Of a DNA stretch of 64,000 bases, positions 49,460-60,829 are shown piece after piece (the stretch's first letter is position 1; each line of letters begins with the position of its first letter). The DNA comes from Octopus sinensis. Taxonomy: Eukaryota. The stretch covers positions 125,736,001 to 125,800,000 of the forward strand of contig NC_042999.1 of NCBI RefSeq assembly GCF_006345805.1, written 5' to 3'. The notes beneath the pieces were generated by a model. The model did not search any database. It worked only from the letters and a program-made list of their open reading frames with translations, and was not told where the DNA came from. A program made the translations under genes and the position numbers.

Positions 49460-49800
49460 TATTGCTTCACATTTTCTCTCTCTTTCCATCCTTATTCTTC
49501 CCTGAGTTAATTTTCTTTTCTATTTTTCTTTAACCTTGCTTTTTTTTTCTTTTTTTTCTCTCCTTTATTTTTCTTTCCTTTTCTTCCTACTCATACTATT
49601 GCTATTTCTCTCCCTCTTTTTTCATCCTTTTTGTTTTTCTTTTTTGCTTACCTTGTCTTTCCAATTTTATCTTCTTCATGCCCTTTTTTCTCTTCTTTAC
49701 CTCCTCTCACACTCTTTCCTACTTCCTTCCTCTCTGTTCCTCTCTTCATTATCTCCTGTCACCAATCCTTCTCCCCTCCCTCATCACTCTTTCCATAATA
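49460..49800 (+). repeat. Approximately 340-nt C/T-rich tract upstream of the ATXN10 exon 2 acceptor
   Basis: Direct reading. It accounts for the F/L/S-rich N-terminal part of ORF 49536-50000. Confidence 0.85.
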
Positions 49801-49825
49801 TAAATACATTTATTCTCTTCTGTAG

Positions 49826-49990
49826 CTTGACCGTCTCTTCAGAGTTCCTTGAAACAGCAAGTACAATTCTAGAAACCTATTTGGCTGAATCAAGAGAAGT
49901 CAAAGGTTTAAATCAGACAGTTACTGAAGTCTTTAGATGTTTACGCAATTCATGCATCGGTTCAAAAGATAACCAAGACACCATTTGTAG
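49826..49990 (+). CDS. ATXN10: Ataxin-10 coding exon 2
   Basis: Acceptor ttctgtag|C and donor TAG|gtatgg. 165 nt encoding (S)LTVSSEFLETASTILETYLAESREVKGLNQTVTEVFRCLRNSCIGSKDNQDTIC, containing the ataxin-10 FRCLRNxC...NQ motif. Confidence 0.93.
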
Positions 49991-50014
49991 GTATGGATAA
50001 GTCTTACTTTTTTC

Positions 50015-51656
50015 CATTGATTTTATTTAATTTTCTTATAATAAATGGTAAAAATACAGCAACAGGAATTTGATCTATGTATAGATTAAACTAATAGCCG
50101 TTATTCCAGCCTGTTTGTCTTTGTCAGCTTCCCTCTTATTTTGAAAAATTTTAAGACATTATTCTTGTTCTTGTAATCAGTAAGTTTTCTGTGTTATGCC
50201 AAGGGAAGTAATAATCTAAATGGTAAAAATTTAAAGAAGAGACGACAAAGAAACAGAAATAGCAGAATTGGGGAAAAAATAGAAAGAGAAAACACAAGAA
50301 AAAAGGAGAGAGAAAGATGAAGGTTTACATTATTCAGCATTTGTGTGTTCAAATTACACACACGATCAAAATATGTAACATAATGAAACATTGTAATGAA
50401 GATCTATAAATTTCTGCATTAAAAGATATATCAATTGATAGTCAAAGTAAAATAACCTTAGTTAGGAAATAACTGTGGATGTTACACTTCTGTCTTTTCC
50501 ATGTTCCAAACCAAAGGCCCTGGCGATGCTGGGACACCACCATTCATTTTTTTTTTTGTGTGTTATTAAGTTTAAGTAATTATCGGAATTATGAGAGTAG
50601 ATAGATATATACATTGGCAGAAGAGAAAGTAGATATTCAAATAGGCTGCCTTATAGTTGGATCTATGACCTTCTCTTAAACATTTGCTTGACTACCTCTG
50701 ATCCCTGGCTCTATGCAAGCACAATAATTTGATAGCTGTAGCAAAGTTTTGCACTCATTAAACCTACTTTACATTTCAAGGTAAATGAAATCAAAATCAG
50801 TTTTACTTCAATTTAAAAAAAAATCTCAGTATATATTTGATAATGCTTAATTTTTTTGTTGATAAAAGGAGTTTAATTGTTTATCCCTTATTTTGATTGT
50901 GTGCTGGCATTTTTTAGCATTTCAAGACCTGTGAAAAGAAGGTTCATTTTACTTCTATGGATAAATTTACCCATTTTATAAATGCTTTTCATGTGTTTTT
51001 CAGAAACTCTCGAATCCCACTTCTGGCTCGAGACTTTATTCGTATGATCTTAAAAGAAGGAAGTGAAGATGGTAAGAGACATATTTTAGAAATTTAAAAG
51101 AAAAAAAATTTTTTGGATTATGAATTTCATTTGAGATTTTAAAAATTATTTCCTAACAAATAAATTCATGTAATTTCCTATGTTTATCATTGAAAGCACT
51201 AACTATAACAGAATATTGTTTAATAAAATGACATAGCCCAAAAGGTAGAGAATCTTACATTGATTTTATTTAATTTTCTTATAATAAATGGTAAAAATAC
51301 AGCAACAGGAATTTGATCTATGTATAGATTAAACTAATAGCCGTTATTCCAGCCTGTTTGTCTTTGTCAGCTTCCCTCTTATTTTGAAAAATTTTAAGAC
51401 ATTATTCTTGTTCTTGTAATCAGTAAGTTTTCTGTGTTATGCCAAGGGAAGTAATAATCTAAATGGTAAAAATTTAAAGAAGAGACGACAAAGAAACAGA
51501 AATAGCAGAATTGGGGAAAAAATAGAAAGAGAAAACACAAGAAAAAAGGAGAGAGAAAGATGAAGGTTTACATTATTCAGCATTTGTGTGTTCAAATTAC
51601 ACACACGATCAAAATATGTAACATAATGAAACATTGTAATGAAGATCTATAAATTT
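50015..51656 (+). repeat. Identical 399-bp direct repeat (50015-50413 and 51258-51656) flanking ATXN10 exon 3
   Basis: The identical 65-aa ORFs in the track are offset by 1243 bp, and no differences were seen by eye. Confidence 0.95.
51004..51071 (+). CDS. ATXN10: Ataxin-10 coding exon 3
   Basis: Acceptor tttcag|A and donor GATG|gtaag. 68 nt encoding (R)NSRIPLLARDFIRMILKEGSED. It is the only candidate that bridges the phase-2 end of exon 2 and the phase-1 start of exon 4. Confidence 0.85.
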
Positions 51657-51760
51657 GGTCAACTTGAAAATGTGATAGAACTAATTTGGATGTATTTAGA
51701 ATAAAATGTGCGTGTATTTTAGCATGTTAGTAAATTTCATTAATTTTTCTTTCCTTGTAG

Positions 51761-51863
51761 CTGAAGTCCAACTCTGTTGTGCTGTACAGTTCATTGGTAA
51801 TGCTGTGGTGAATAACTATGACAATCAAATACTTGTTTGGAGCAGTTTCTCTCCTGACTTCCC
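51761..51863 (+). CDS. ATXN10: Ataxin-10 coding exon 4
   Basis: Acceptor ccttgtag|CT and donor CC|gtaatt. 103 nt encoding (A)EVQLCCAVQFIGNAVVNNYDNQILVWSSFSPDF, similar to the human CGLQFLGNIA...VW segment as I recall it. Confidence 0.92.
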
Positions 51864-52656
51864 GTAATTATGATATTTATATTTTTCTGATATATTTATC
51901 TTGTTTCAGTCATTGAACTGTGGCTATGCTGGAGTACCATCTTAAAAAGGTTTATTTGCACAAATTGGCACCAGTGCTTATTCTTAAGTCTGGTACTTAT
52001 TCTATTAATCTCTTTTGGTGTAAACGAAGTGACACCAGTTATCAAGTGGTGGTGGGACAAACATGATGACCATCCCCCTACACGCTCACACACACACACA
52101 CACACACACTCATATATATATCTCACAGGTTTCCATGCCGTTTCTGTTTACGAAATTCACTCAAAGCATTGGTCAGCTTGGAATTATAGTAGAAGACACT
52201 TGACCCAGGTGCTGTGCATTGGGACTCAACCTAAAACCATATGGCTGCAAAGAAGCTTCTTAACCATGTACATTTAAATTTTTCCATTTCAAATAATTAA
52301 AAAATTTTCAGTTTATTCTCTTACTAGTTTTACAGGAGCTACTACCAACTGACTAACGTTTTTTGTCTTTCTTTTTTTTTTTAAACACAGTGTTGTGTGG
52401 ATTCATAAAATGAATAAAAACAAGCCCATGTTTTTCTTTGTTGATTTGTCAGTGTAATCATTGTTTTGTCTCTGGCAGCTCTCACTTCAACATCATCATT
52501 TATACCTTCACAATCATTTTGTAAATAGTTTTCAAATCCTTATGGATGTGTGGTTAAGAAGCTCACTTTGCAGTCATGTAGTTTCAGGTTCAGTCCCACT
52601 GTAGGGCACCTCTGGTGGATGTCTTCTTCTATAACCCCTGGCTGACCAATGCTTTT

Positions 52657-52881
52657 AATTTCTTTACTGCCCACAAGGGGCTACACACAGAGGGGACAAA
52701 CAAGGACAGACAAATGGAATAAGTTGATTATATCGACCCTAGTGTGTAACTGGTACTTATTTAATCGATCCCGAAAGGATGAAAGGCAAAGTTGACTTCG
52801 GTGAAATTTGAACTCAGAACGTAGTGGCAGACGAAATACTGCTAAGCATTTCACCCGGCATGCTAATATTTCTGCCAGCTT
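52657..52881 (-). mobile_element. SINE nested inside another SINE (52545-53125) with a 16-bp TSD
   Basis: GCTGACCAATGCTTTT at 52641-52656 and 52882-52897 flanks the insert. Confidence 0.85.
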
Positions 52882-54339
52882 GCTGACCAATGCTTTTGCA
52901 AGTGAATTTGGTAGAAAGAAACTGTGTGGGAGATCGTCGTGTGTGTGTGTGTGTTGATATGTGTGTCCCCTCACAGCTTTACAACTGGTGTTGGTTTGTT
53001 TATGTATCTGAAACCTAGTGGTTTGGCAAAAGAAACTAATAGAATAAGTTCCAGATTTTGAAAAACAAGTACTGAAGTTTTGTTCAATTAAACGTTTTAA
53101 TGCAGTGCCCCAGCATGGCCACAATCCAAATTATTTGTCCTTTGTTTATATAGTTTGACCAAATGTATAAATATCTGGAACATTTTTGCATAAGTGAGGA
53201 CTTTATTTTGCATGGCACACTCAATCATACATGAAGACTGGTAAATATTTTTCAGCTTGGTAATCTGAAGAAAGATTAAAGAAAAGCCTTACTTTGATAT
53301 ATTAAGCCTATTGTCACAATAATTTAATACTTTTACATTATATTTCTTTTGCAATAATTATAATTTTCTCCACATATTTTGCATCTTGAACTGTTTTTTT
53401 ATTATTATTATTTACTCCTTTTATTCATTAGTATGTTGAATAAAATGTTTTGTGGCATTTCTTCTGATTCTTTACTTTCTGATTTCAAATTCTGCTGAAG
53501 TTGACTTTGTTGTTCATCGTTTTGGGGATCAGTAAAATAAGTATCAGTTGAGCCCTGGGCTTAATGTAATTGTCTATAAACCCTTCTTCCTAAAATTGCT
53601 GGCCTTGTGCCAAAATTTAAAACCCTTATTTATTATTTAATATTTTTTTTATGCATTTACTAAATGTAATAAATTTAAAATTTAATTTCAAAATGAATAT
53701 GTCCCAAACCTGTTAGGATTTTACATGAGGGTTAACTATTAAATAGTCTTTTTTCTTTTTTACTTGCTGAATTTGGAGGAATAAGTAGTGCTAATGGCTT
53801 TCAGAGGCCCTCCAGAACCAATGAGATTGATGCCATTAATATTCCTCTAAAATTTTTGTAAGTCAGTAACCATGGGAGAGACCTGACTAGGGAAGAAACT
53901 ACTGATGGTTCACATTCTGTGAAGGAAGAACTGAGAATAGAGGTTAGTGTAGGCCTGTGAGGATTGGTCATAGTAAGAAATGAAGAGGAGATGAGTGGGT
54001 CAGGAATATCTGAGTGTAGGTGACATGAATCTAGCCAGTTCTGAGGAACAGAGGCCATTATAGTACTTATGAGGTATTTTGTATAATGTTTTTTTTTTGT
54101 GATAGAATATCAAAATGGAATCAGCATAAGGATCAGTAGGAGGGCACGAAAAGGTATTTTTTATAGGATGACATTACAATTTTCTTGAACATCTTTAGGT
54201 ATCAATTGAGCTATCAAATGCATTCACAAGTAACTCTATATGCCATCAAAACAGGTTACATAGGTAAAATTTATCTATGAAGATAGTTTGTACTCTATAA
54301 ATGGAATTATCAATCTTTAATTTGGAATGAATAGAAGTG

Positions 54340-54560
54340 TTGTTACTGTTGTTTAGCTTCATGTTGGCCCTGATCAAGCAGATTTATAATCAAAGGCATT
54401 TTAGTAAGATTGTCTTTTATATTCTTTCTTTCCCTCAGTAACAGTGTACCTTGGACTACATTATCCAATATGCCTTATTTTTAAAGATGTTAGGGTGTGG
54501 TTTGAAGAAAATTTAGCTGTCATTTCTAGTTGGTCATATGACTATATAATGCCTTCATTG
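54340..54560 (+). repeat. Dispersed repeat family (...tgatcaaaggcatt...gagatttggctgctatttctagc...)
   Basis: Recognisable pieces at about 29860-29940, 39830-39910, 43320-43370, 55055-55180, 55590-55670, 57290-57480, 57520-57690 and 60410-60450. Class unknown. Confidence 0.6.
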
Positions 54561-54644
54561 GTTTGTGGAAATGGTTACCATGTACAGAGGAAGAGAAAAA
54601 CTAATTCTACTACATTGTGAAGTAATGTAACTAATGGTTTTGTA

Positions 54645-54944
54645 CATTATTTACATTTGACAGATATGCCTGTGGGCATATGGCGTAGTGGTTAAGAGCG
54701 CAGGCTTCTAACCCCAAGATTCCAAGTTCGATTCCAATAATCATAATAATGATAACAACAACAACGGAAAATACCTTAGGAATGAGAACCCAGGTTTGAA
54801 ATTTCCCCAAGACACCTGAAGAAGGCTGGAGGGTATATCAGCCGAAACGTTGTGTTAACAACAAACAAGATGAGGACAAATATCTGTCAAATGTAAATTG
54901 TGTAAATAATGTACATAATTCCTCATCTCTTAAATATAGAACTG
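54645..54944 (+). mobile_element. 300-bp tRNA-headed, hammerhead-bearing SINE-like element with Penelope-style inverted end
   Basis: 12-bp TSD AATGGTTTTGTA (54633-54644, 54945-54956). A box TGGCGTAGTGG at 54681-54691 and B box GTTCGATTCC at 54726-54735, then an (AAT/AAC)n linker and the hammerhead motif. 54641-54667 is the reverse complement of 54880-54915 apart from a 9-nt insertion. Confidence 0.8.
54811..54856 (+). ncRNA. Minimal type I hammerhead ribozyme motif
   Basis: Stem I GACAC/GUGUU, core CUGAAGA, one extra A, stem II GGCUG/CAGCC with a 10-nt loop, GAAA, palindromic mini stem III (AACGUU), predicted cleavage GUU| after 54851. Folded by eye and activity untested. Confidence 0.72.
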
Positions 54945-55898
54945 AATGGTTTTGTAGTATTAGAATAACAGTGAAATGATATTTGAATGCTTAGGTACAA
55001 TGATGAAATTAATATAATCTCTTTCTATCTAAATCTATTGTGAACATTCAAAATAGCTGTTGTTGCTGTTATTTAACCCTGGGTTAGGCTTGATTGTGCA
55101 CATCTATGGTCAAGGCAATTTATACTTGACTATTCTTTCTGGGTACACTGCATCCAGAACAATTTTACCCTCTGTATCCATTTTTGTGTTTATACACCAA
55201 TATATTCAGACTGGTGTTCTCTTCTTGATTGTTATTGTCACAGTGTTTCAGTTATTGTTCCATTGGCCTTCTTTAGGTGCTCATCACATCTAGTAATATT
55301 TTCTAAACTTTGAATCAAATCTTCTGTTCAGTCCATTGGGTAGAGTGTTCTCATTCCGTTGTCCATACCAAGGATGTTGTTGTACAATTATTCTCATGCT
55401 TTTGATGCCACTTGCTTGTTCCATATTGTGTGTGTGTATATCATCATCTGTCTCACAATGGATTACTGCTTTATGATATTCCTTTAGCTTTACAGTGACT
55501 GAAATGTTATGACTATAACAAAGAAAATAAGAACTATAGACTGAATATACAGCAGAGCATAATAATTATTTCTCATCTTAGATATTCTAACCAAAAAACA
55601 GTAGAGTGTATTTCAGTGAGATTTGGTTGCTGTTTCTAGCAGATTGACCAACCATATAGAAGTTCTCTCATTGACTCAAGATTCAAAGTAGTTGAGATGT
55701 TGTGTAAACCAGTCGATTTAGAAGAGGAAGATAGATTATTCTTCTGTTGTAAGATAGGCTGTATTAGAAAGTTATTACGTACAACAGTAAAACATTAGGT
55801 GGAATAAATTCCATTTGATTTCCACTTTAATTTTGCTGAACAAGTGAGTCCAAGAGTGGACTCAACTCATTAAGTGAAATTTGTTTTTTTAATTATAA

Positions 55899-56284
55899 CT
55901 AGTAGTATCGCCCGGCGTTGCTCAGGTTTGTAAGGGAAATAACTATAAAGCATTTTTAGAGAGTTATAGCCAAAAAATAGCAAAAAAATGGAAAAAAAAT
56001 GATGGTAAATTTTTTTTGAGAGTTAAAAAAGGTGGAGTTGCGTCCCCTAGACGGTCTGTGGTTTGGGTTTTTGATTCTCGACCCCATGTCGAATTTATCG
56101 ATCTTTTTCGGAACTGGGGGAACTTTTCAAAATTTTCGCTGCGTTAGTTTTGAATTATGACATTGGGCTATGTGTGTGTCAAGTTTCATCAGAATCGGTT
56201 GAAAGCCGTGGTCAGAGTGAGGGTACGAGAAAACAGACACACAGAAAACGCACAGACAAACTGCCGTTTATATATAGAGAGAGA
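55899..56284 (-). mobile_element. Non-autonomous Helitron
   Basis: On the minus strand it starts A|TC(TCTCTATATATAAACGGCAG) and ends with the subterminal hairpin CCTGAGCAACGCCGGG followed by CTAG|T, with no TSD. Confidence 0.8.
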
Positions 56285-58609
56285 TGAAAGGAAAGTGGCT
56301 AAGGTAGTTTGAGAATGGATAACATGAAATAGGTGCAGATGTCTTTTGAATTGGGGGTTGATGACAGCTGGTTCAGAGTTCAGGCACAAAATTTTGGTAG
56401 TTAAATCTGATCTCAGGAAGAGTAATCTAACAGAGCACAGAGGTAGGCAGATGGTATTAATAATATAAACTCAATTAACCCATTCCAATATGGAAAAATA
56501 TGTTTATACTGAGCATAAAATATTTTCTCTAGATTATCATTGTATTCATTTTGATATGGTTTAATTCAACAAACTTTGCAATGTAGATTCCATAACAAAG
56601 TGTTTTAGAATATTTTTTTCATTCTGTTTCTATGCCATCTAATTAGATTACAGCTCTAAAAACATGTTAATGTGTTATTTAGTTAAATTTCAAGATTGTA
56701 AGTTTTTTTTCTTCATTGATAAACTTCTAAAAAAGATTTATTATCAAAAACACTATGTGGAAGCTTTCTTGTTATTTTTATTATTATATATTTTCATTTC
56801 AAATATTTTCTTGGTTTAAGTAATCAACGACTGAAATAAACTATTTACCTGTTATTTTTATTTAATTATTCTTTTGATGTGGAGGCAGTCTTTGTTATGT
56901 TTTATTGAGAGGATTTCTCAGTTTGTTGTTAGAGGAAGTAACTTTACAGTTAACTGGAGGGTGTTACCCATTTACCAACAACCCCTGCACCAAACTGTTT
57001 AATGTTTGCAGGCTTTTCAGTTCAGAAGAGGTCAGACCTTTTGTTTGGTTTGAGTTTTTTTCCTTCTCTTTTTCAATGTTTTTAGCATGTTTTCTAAGAC
57101 TGAACTTAATACTGATTTCCCGTGTGAAATGTTAAACCTGTTTTGAATTGATTTTTGAGATTTGAACTCCAATTTTAGTGTTGCTGGGCGACAAAATGAG
57201 TTTTTAGTGTAAGTTGAAATTTTGGAGTTTATTTGTATGAAGTTTTGGTATAAATTCTTTGTCATTGTCTTTTACTATGATAAATTAGGTGGTGTTGATT
57301 TTAACCCAAGTTAGCTCTGATTGAGCAAACTTTGATCAAAGGCATTCTAGTAACAACCATCTTGTTTTCTATCCAGACAGAGTGTACCTAAGACTACATT
57401 TTCTAAAGTATCTTTATCTAAGATAATAAGGAATGAGTTGAAAGAAGTTTTACTTCTGTTTCTAACAGATCAAGTGAGCACACATGCAATGTCAGAGAGA
57501 TTAGGTGTTTTCTTATTGTTTGTCCCCAAGTCAGTTTTGTTTGAGCTGACCTGACCTGTGGTCAAAGGCATTTCATCCAAGACCATTCCATCTTTACCCT
57601 TGATGATACATCCAGGATCCAATTATCCAGTGCGTATTGTGTATTATAAGATGGTTGGATTTGAAGGAAATTTAGCTGCTATTTTTATTAACAAGGATGT
57701 TATTAGTTGTTAATTATGGTAGAATTTTTTTCAATTCATTCTTATTAAATTTCGTGAAGGTCCATGAAACAGATGCGTCTCCAGATGTTCTTGTAATAGT
57801 AATGTAAGACACAATTGTTGCTGTAGTTTTTATTACTGATAAAGTAGCTTTTAGTGAGCTATTTATGTTTATTAATATATTTATCATGTGAAATTATAGA
57901 AAATATTTATTTATTATAATTATTTAGAAAATTTTTATTTGCAGAATTAAATGACAAACATGATTTATTGTAGGCACAGCATAATGTAGTGAATAGTAAG
58001 TTTAATTCCAATTTGTTGCAATGATTTCACATTGGTAATCTCAATTTAAGTCCTATGAGAAATTTAATGGATTAATGACAAAAGTCTTTGATCTGTAGTT
58101 TGGGATTGCTATTTATTTTAGGTATTCACATTTCAGATGTTTTTAGAGGCCTCCATTGATCAAGGTTGATCATAAATCTGCACAACTATGTGTAGGCTTA
58201 GGCAAGATTTTTTTGAAGAAGAGTGGCAGTTTCTCATGTATGCAAATCTCTTCTCTCTCCACACCACCATTGTTTGTCCAAAAAATAGATTGCTGCCTGA
58301 GGCCAATACAGATTGGCTCCACTTATGTCAGAGTCAGAAAGTACACAATCAGAGCAGATACAAAAGGCATCTATCTTAACCCTTCAGTACTTCCACCAAT
58401 TAAATACTGTGGATCGAACCTTTTTTTTAATTGACTTTGAAAGGACGAAAGACAAAGTTGACCATGGCAGGATTTGAACTTAGAGCATAGTTTATCAAAA
58501 CAGATGCTGTGAAACATTCCATCCAACACTCATAATTATGTAAATTTGTTGTACTCTATCTAAAATTAGTTGGTCATTAAACAACTAAAGTCAAATAACT
58601 ATTTATGAG

Positions 58610-59680
58610 CAGGATATTTAGAATATTTTGCATATTTCCTCAGCTCGTCTCCTTGATGGAGCTGCAGTCTTGGGTGAAGAAACGACCAAGACTGGGCGCC
58701 TGGCACCTAGAATGTTATCTGGTGCTCACAGCCCTTTATCAGTTGGGCAATGGGATTGGTGGATGTTCCGCTTTAGAAATTTATAGAGGATTACTGTCAG
58801 GGAAGTGTGACAGTATTCATGAGGAGAGTCTGGGTGCTGATGAGAATGAACTGGCTAGTCTGTTCCAGTGAACTTTCCAGTTGGGAACTATCATGGATAA
58901 TTTCTAGATGTCCTTGGCCTGGCAGTGCTACTGGGTGGGTGGGTGGGGGGCTCTACTGGTTTGAGATAGACTCTATAGGCACAGATGTGCTGTCAGACAG
59001 GCTTGTTCGAGGTGTGCACAGAGTGATGAAAATATTCTGCATGGCCTTGTTCAGTGTCTGGGCATTGCTGATATGTGGGGTTATGTCGAACAGTTGCTGT
59101 CATGTGTGAGATGGATCCGTCTGTTGACCAAGTCTGTAGTGATGATTGCACTGTTGCTCTCCTTCAATTGGGCAGGCGAGGCAGTTTTCTTTTGCCTGGT
59201 GGCTGTGGTGAAAGAGGTTGTTTGGTGGACAAGGCTGAAAGGTATGAAGACAGATACGTTCCTCTTTGCTAGAGCTCTCATTGACTTCTTCAAGTTTCAC
59301 TTGAAAAGGAAATTGAGAATGAAGAGGGAAGTGCTGTCCTCGAGTGAGTTTACTGAAAGGTGGGTGAAAGTTGTGAAAATGGCAAGAGTGGATAGTGTAG
59401 ACCTGTGAGTTGGAGAGAAGGAATTAGAGAGGGCACCTGCTCCTGGGGTTTCAGGGAAATCTCGGACAGTGGGGTTCCTCAATTATCCCTAGAGGCCTTC
59501 CTGTATCAGGAGGGCCACATCCCTATCATTCTCCCTGCCACTTTTTTTTTAACTTTTGTATGCTATGTCCTGTGTATTCTTTCTTTCTTTCATTTATTTT
59601 TTCATTATGTCTGTCTTTGCATTGTCCACCCCCCTCATCCTTTGCCCTTGTGGAAAATAAATGAAATCATCATCATTATT
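58610..59680 (+). mobile_element. L1/Tx1-clade LINE 3' fragment (ORF2 C-terminal CCHC knuckle and 3' UTR)
   Basis: Degenerate frame ...SLAWQCY...DRLYRHRCAVRQACSRCAQSDENILHGLVQCLGIADMWGYVEQLLS... (C-x2-C-x8-H-x4-C), then a 3' UTR with AATAAA and an (ATC/ATT)n tail. Confidence 0.75.
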
Positions 59681-60099
59681 GTTATTAAGGCAGTGAGTTG
59701 ACAGAATGTTTAGCAGCATTTCATCTGTCTTTACGTTCTGAGTTCAAATGTGGCTGGGGTTGACTGCCTTTCATCCTTTTGGGGGTTGATAGAATAAGTA
59801 TCAGTTGAGTACTGGGGTTGATGTAATCGGCTTACTCCTCCCCTGAAATTGCTGGCTTTGTGCCAAAATTTGAAATCATTATTATTAAGGCAATGAGCTG
59901 GCAGAATCATTAGCATGCCAAGCAAAATATTTTGCTGCATTTCATCCATCTTTACGTTCTAAGTTCAAATTCTGCCAAGGTTGACTTTGCCTTTCAAACT
60001 TTTGGGGTTGATGAAATTAAGTACCAGTCAAGTACTGGGGTCGCTGTAATCAACTTATCCCCTCCCCAAATTTCAGGCCTTGTGCCTATAGTAGAAAGG

Positions 60100-60132
<33 letters not shown>

Positions 60133-60178
60133 TCTTGTATTTGTTGTCACTAATTACCTTTTTTTTGTTGTTTTCTAG

Positions 60179-60364
60179 TCTTTTGTTATCAAGTTGTGAT
60201 TGGAATTTGGGTCACTATACCTGCATGGTAGTTCACAATTGCTTGGCTACCTTAATTAGCCAGCCAAATGCAGATATCCGTCCAATTGATGTTAAAGACC
60301 CACTCATGCAATCCCTTATTTTAGCTGTTATGGACATGCTCAAAAAAGAAGATTCAGAATGGGG
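60179..60364 (+). CDS. ATXN10: Ataxin-10 coding exon 5
   Basis: Acceptor ttttctag|T with branch-point-like CACTAAT upstream, and donor GG|gtaagt. 186 nt encoding (P)LLLSSCDWNLGHYTCMVVHNCLATLISQPNADIRPIDVKDPLMQSLILAVMDMLKKEDSEW (SEW motif). Confidence 0.9.
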
Positions 60365-60780
60365 GTAAGTAATTTTTGCAATTTTGTAGGCTTTTGTTAC
60401 TTCATTTTATTGTAGCCCTGACTAAATAGACTTTTGATCAAAGATGTTTCAGCCATGCTCATCTTATGTTTTTGCTAAATGTGATGGCAGTTTCTTTGTG
60501 CCTGAAAATCATGAGGAAGAGCAGCATGCCCTCAAAGAGCTATATTTCTGTAAATGTAGACATGGTGTACCTGGTTCTTAGGTTGTGCATAAAAATATAT
60601 GTAAAGTTTAGTTGGTTGGTTTGTCAGACAGTTTGCAGTTGTTATGTATATCTATAATCAGTGCAAATAACAAGAAAATATAATGAAGGAAGAGAACTTA
60701 CAATGTTTTCTGAATGAGGAGAGATAAGCATTTGTGATGAGAGATATATAACGACCTTTTTGGCAGAGTTGAAATGACGT

Positions 60781-60829
<49 letters not shown>

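Noticed and set aside
49536-49825. N-terminal part of the 154-aa ORF as protein
   Set aside because: It is a translated pyrimidine tract. Only 49826-49990 has splice sites and ataxin-10 similarity.
51864-51872. Minor (U12) intron at the unusual-looking donor GTAATT
   Set aside because: It does not match the U12 consensus RTATCCTT and is an acceptable U2 donor.
54672-54736. Stand-alone tRNA gene
   Set aside because: A and B boxes are present, but the anticodon and acceptor stems do not pair properly and it is embedded in a TSD-flanked element. The same applies to the heads at 8030-8100 and 24380-24449.
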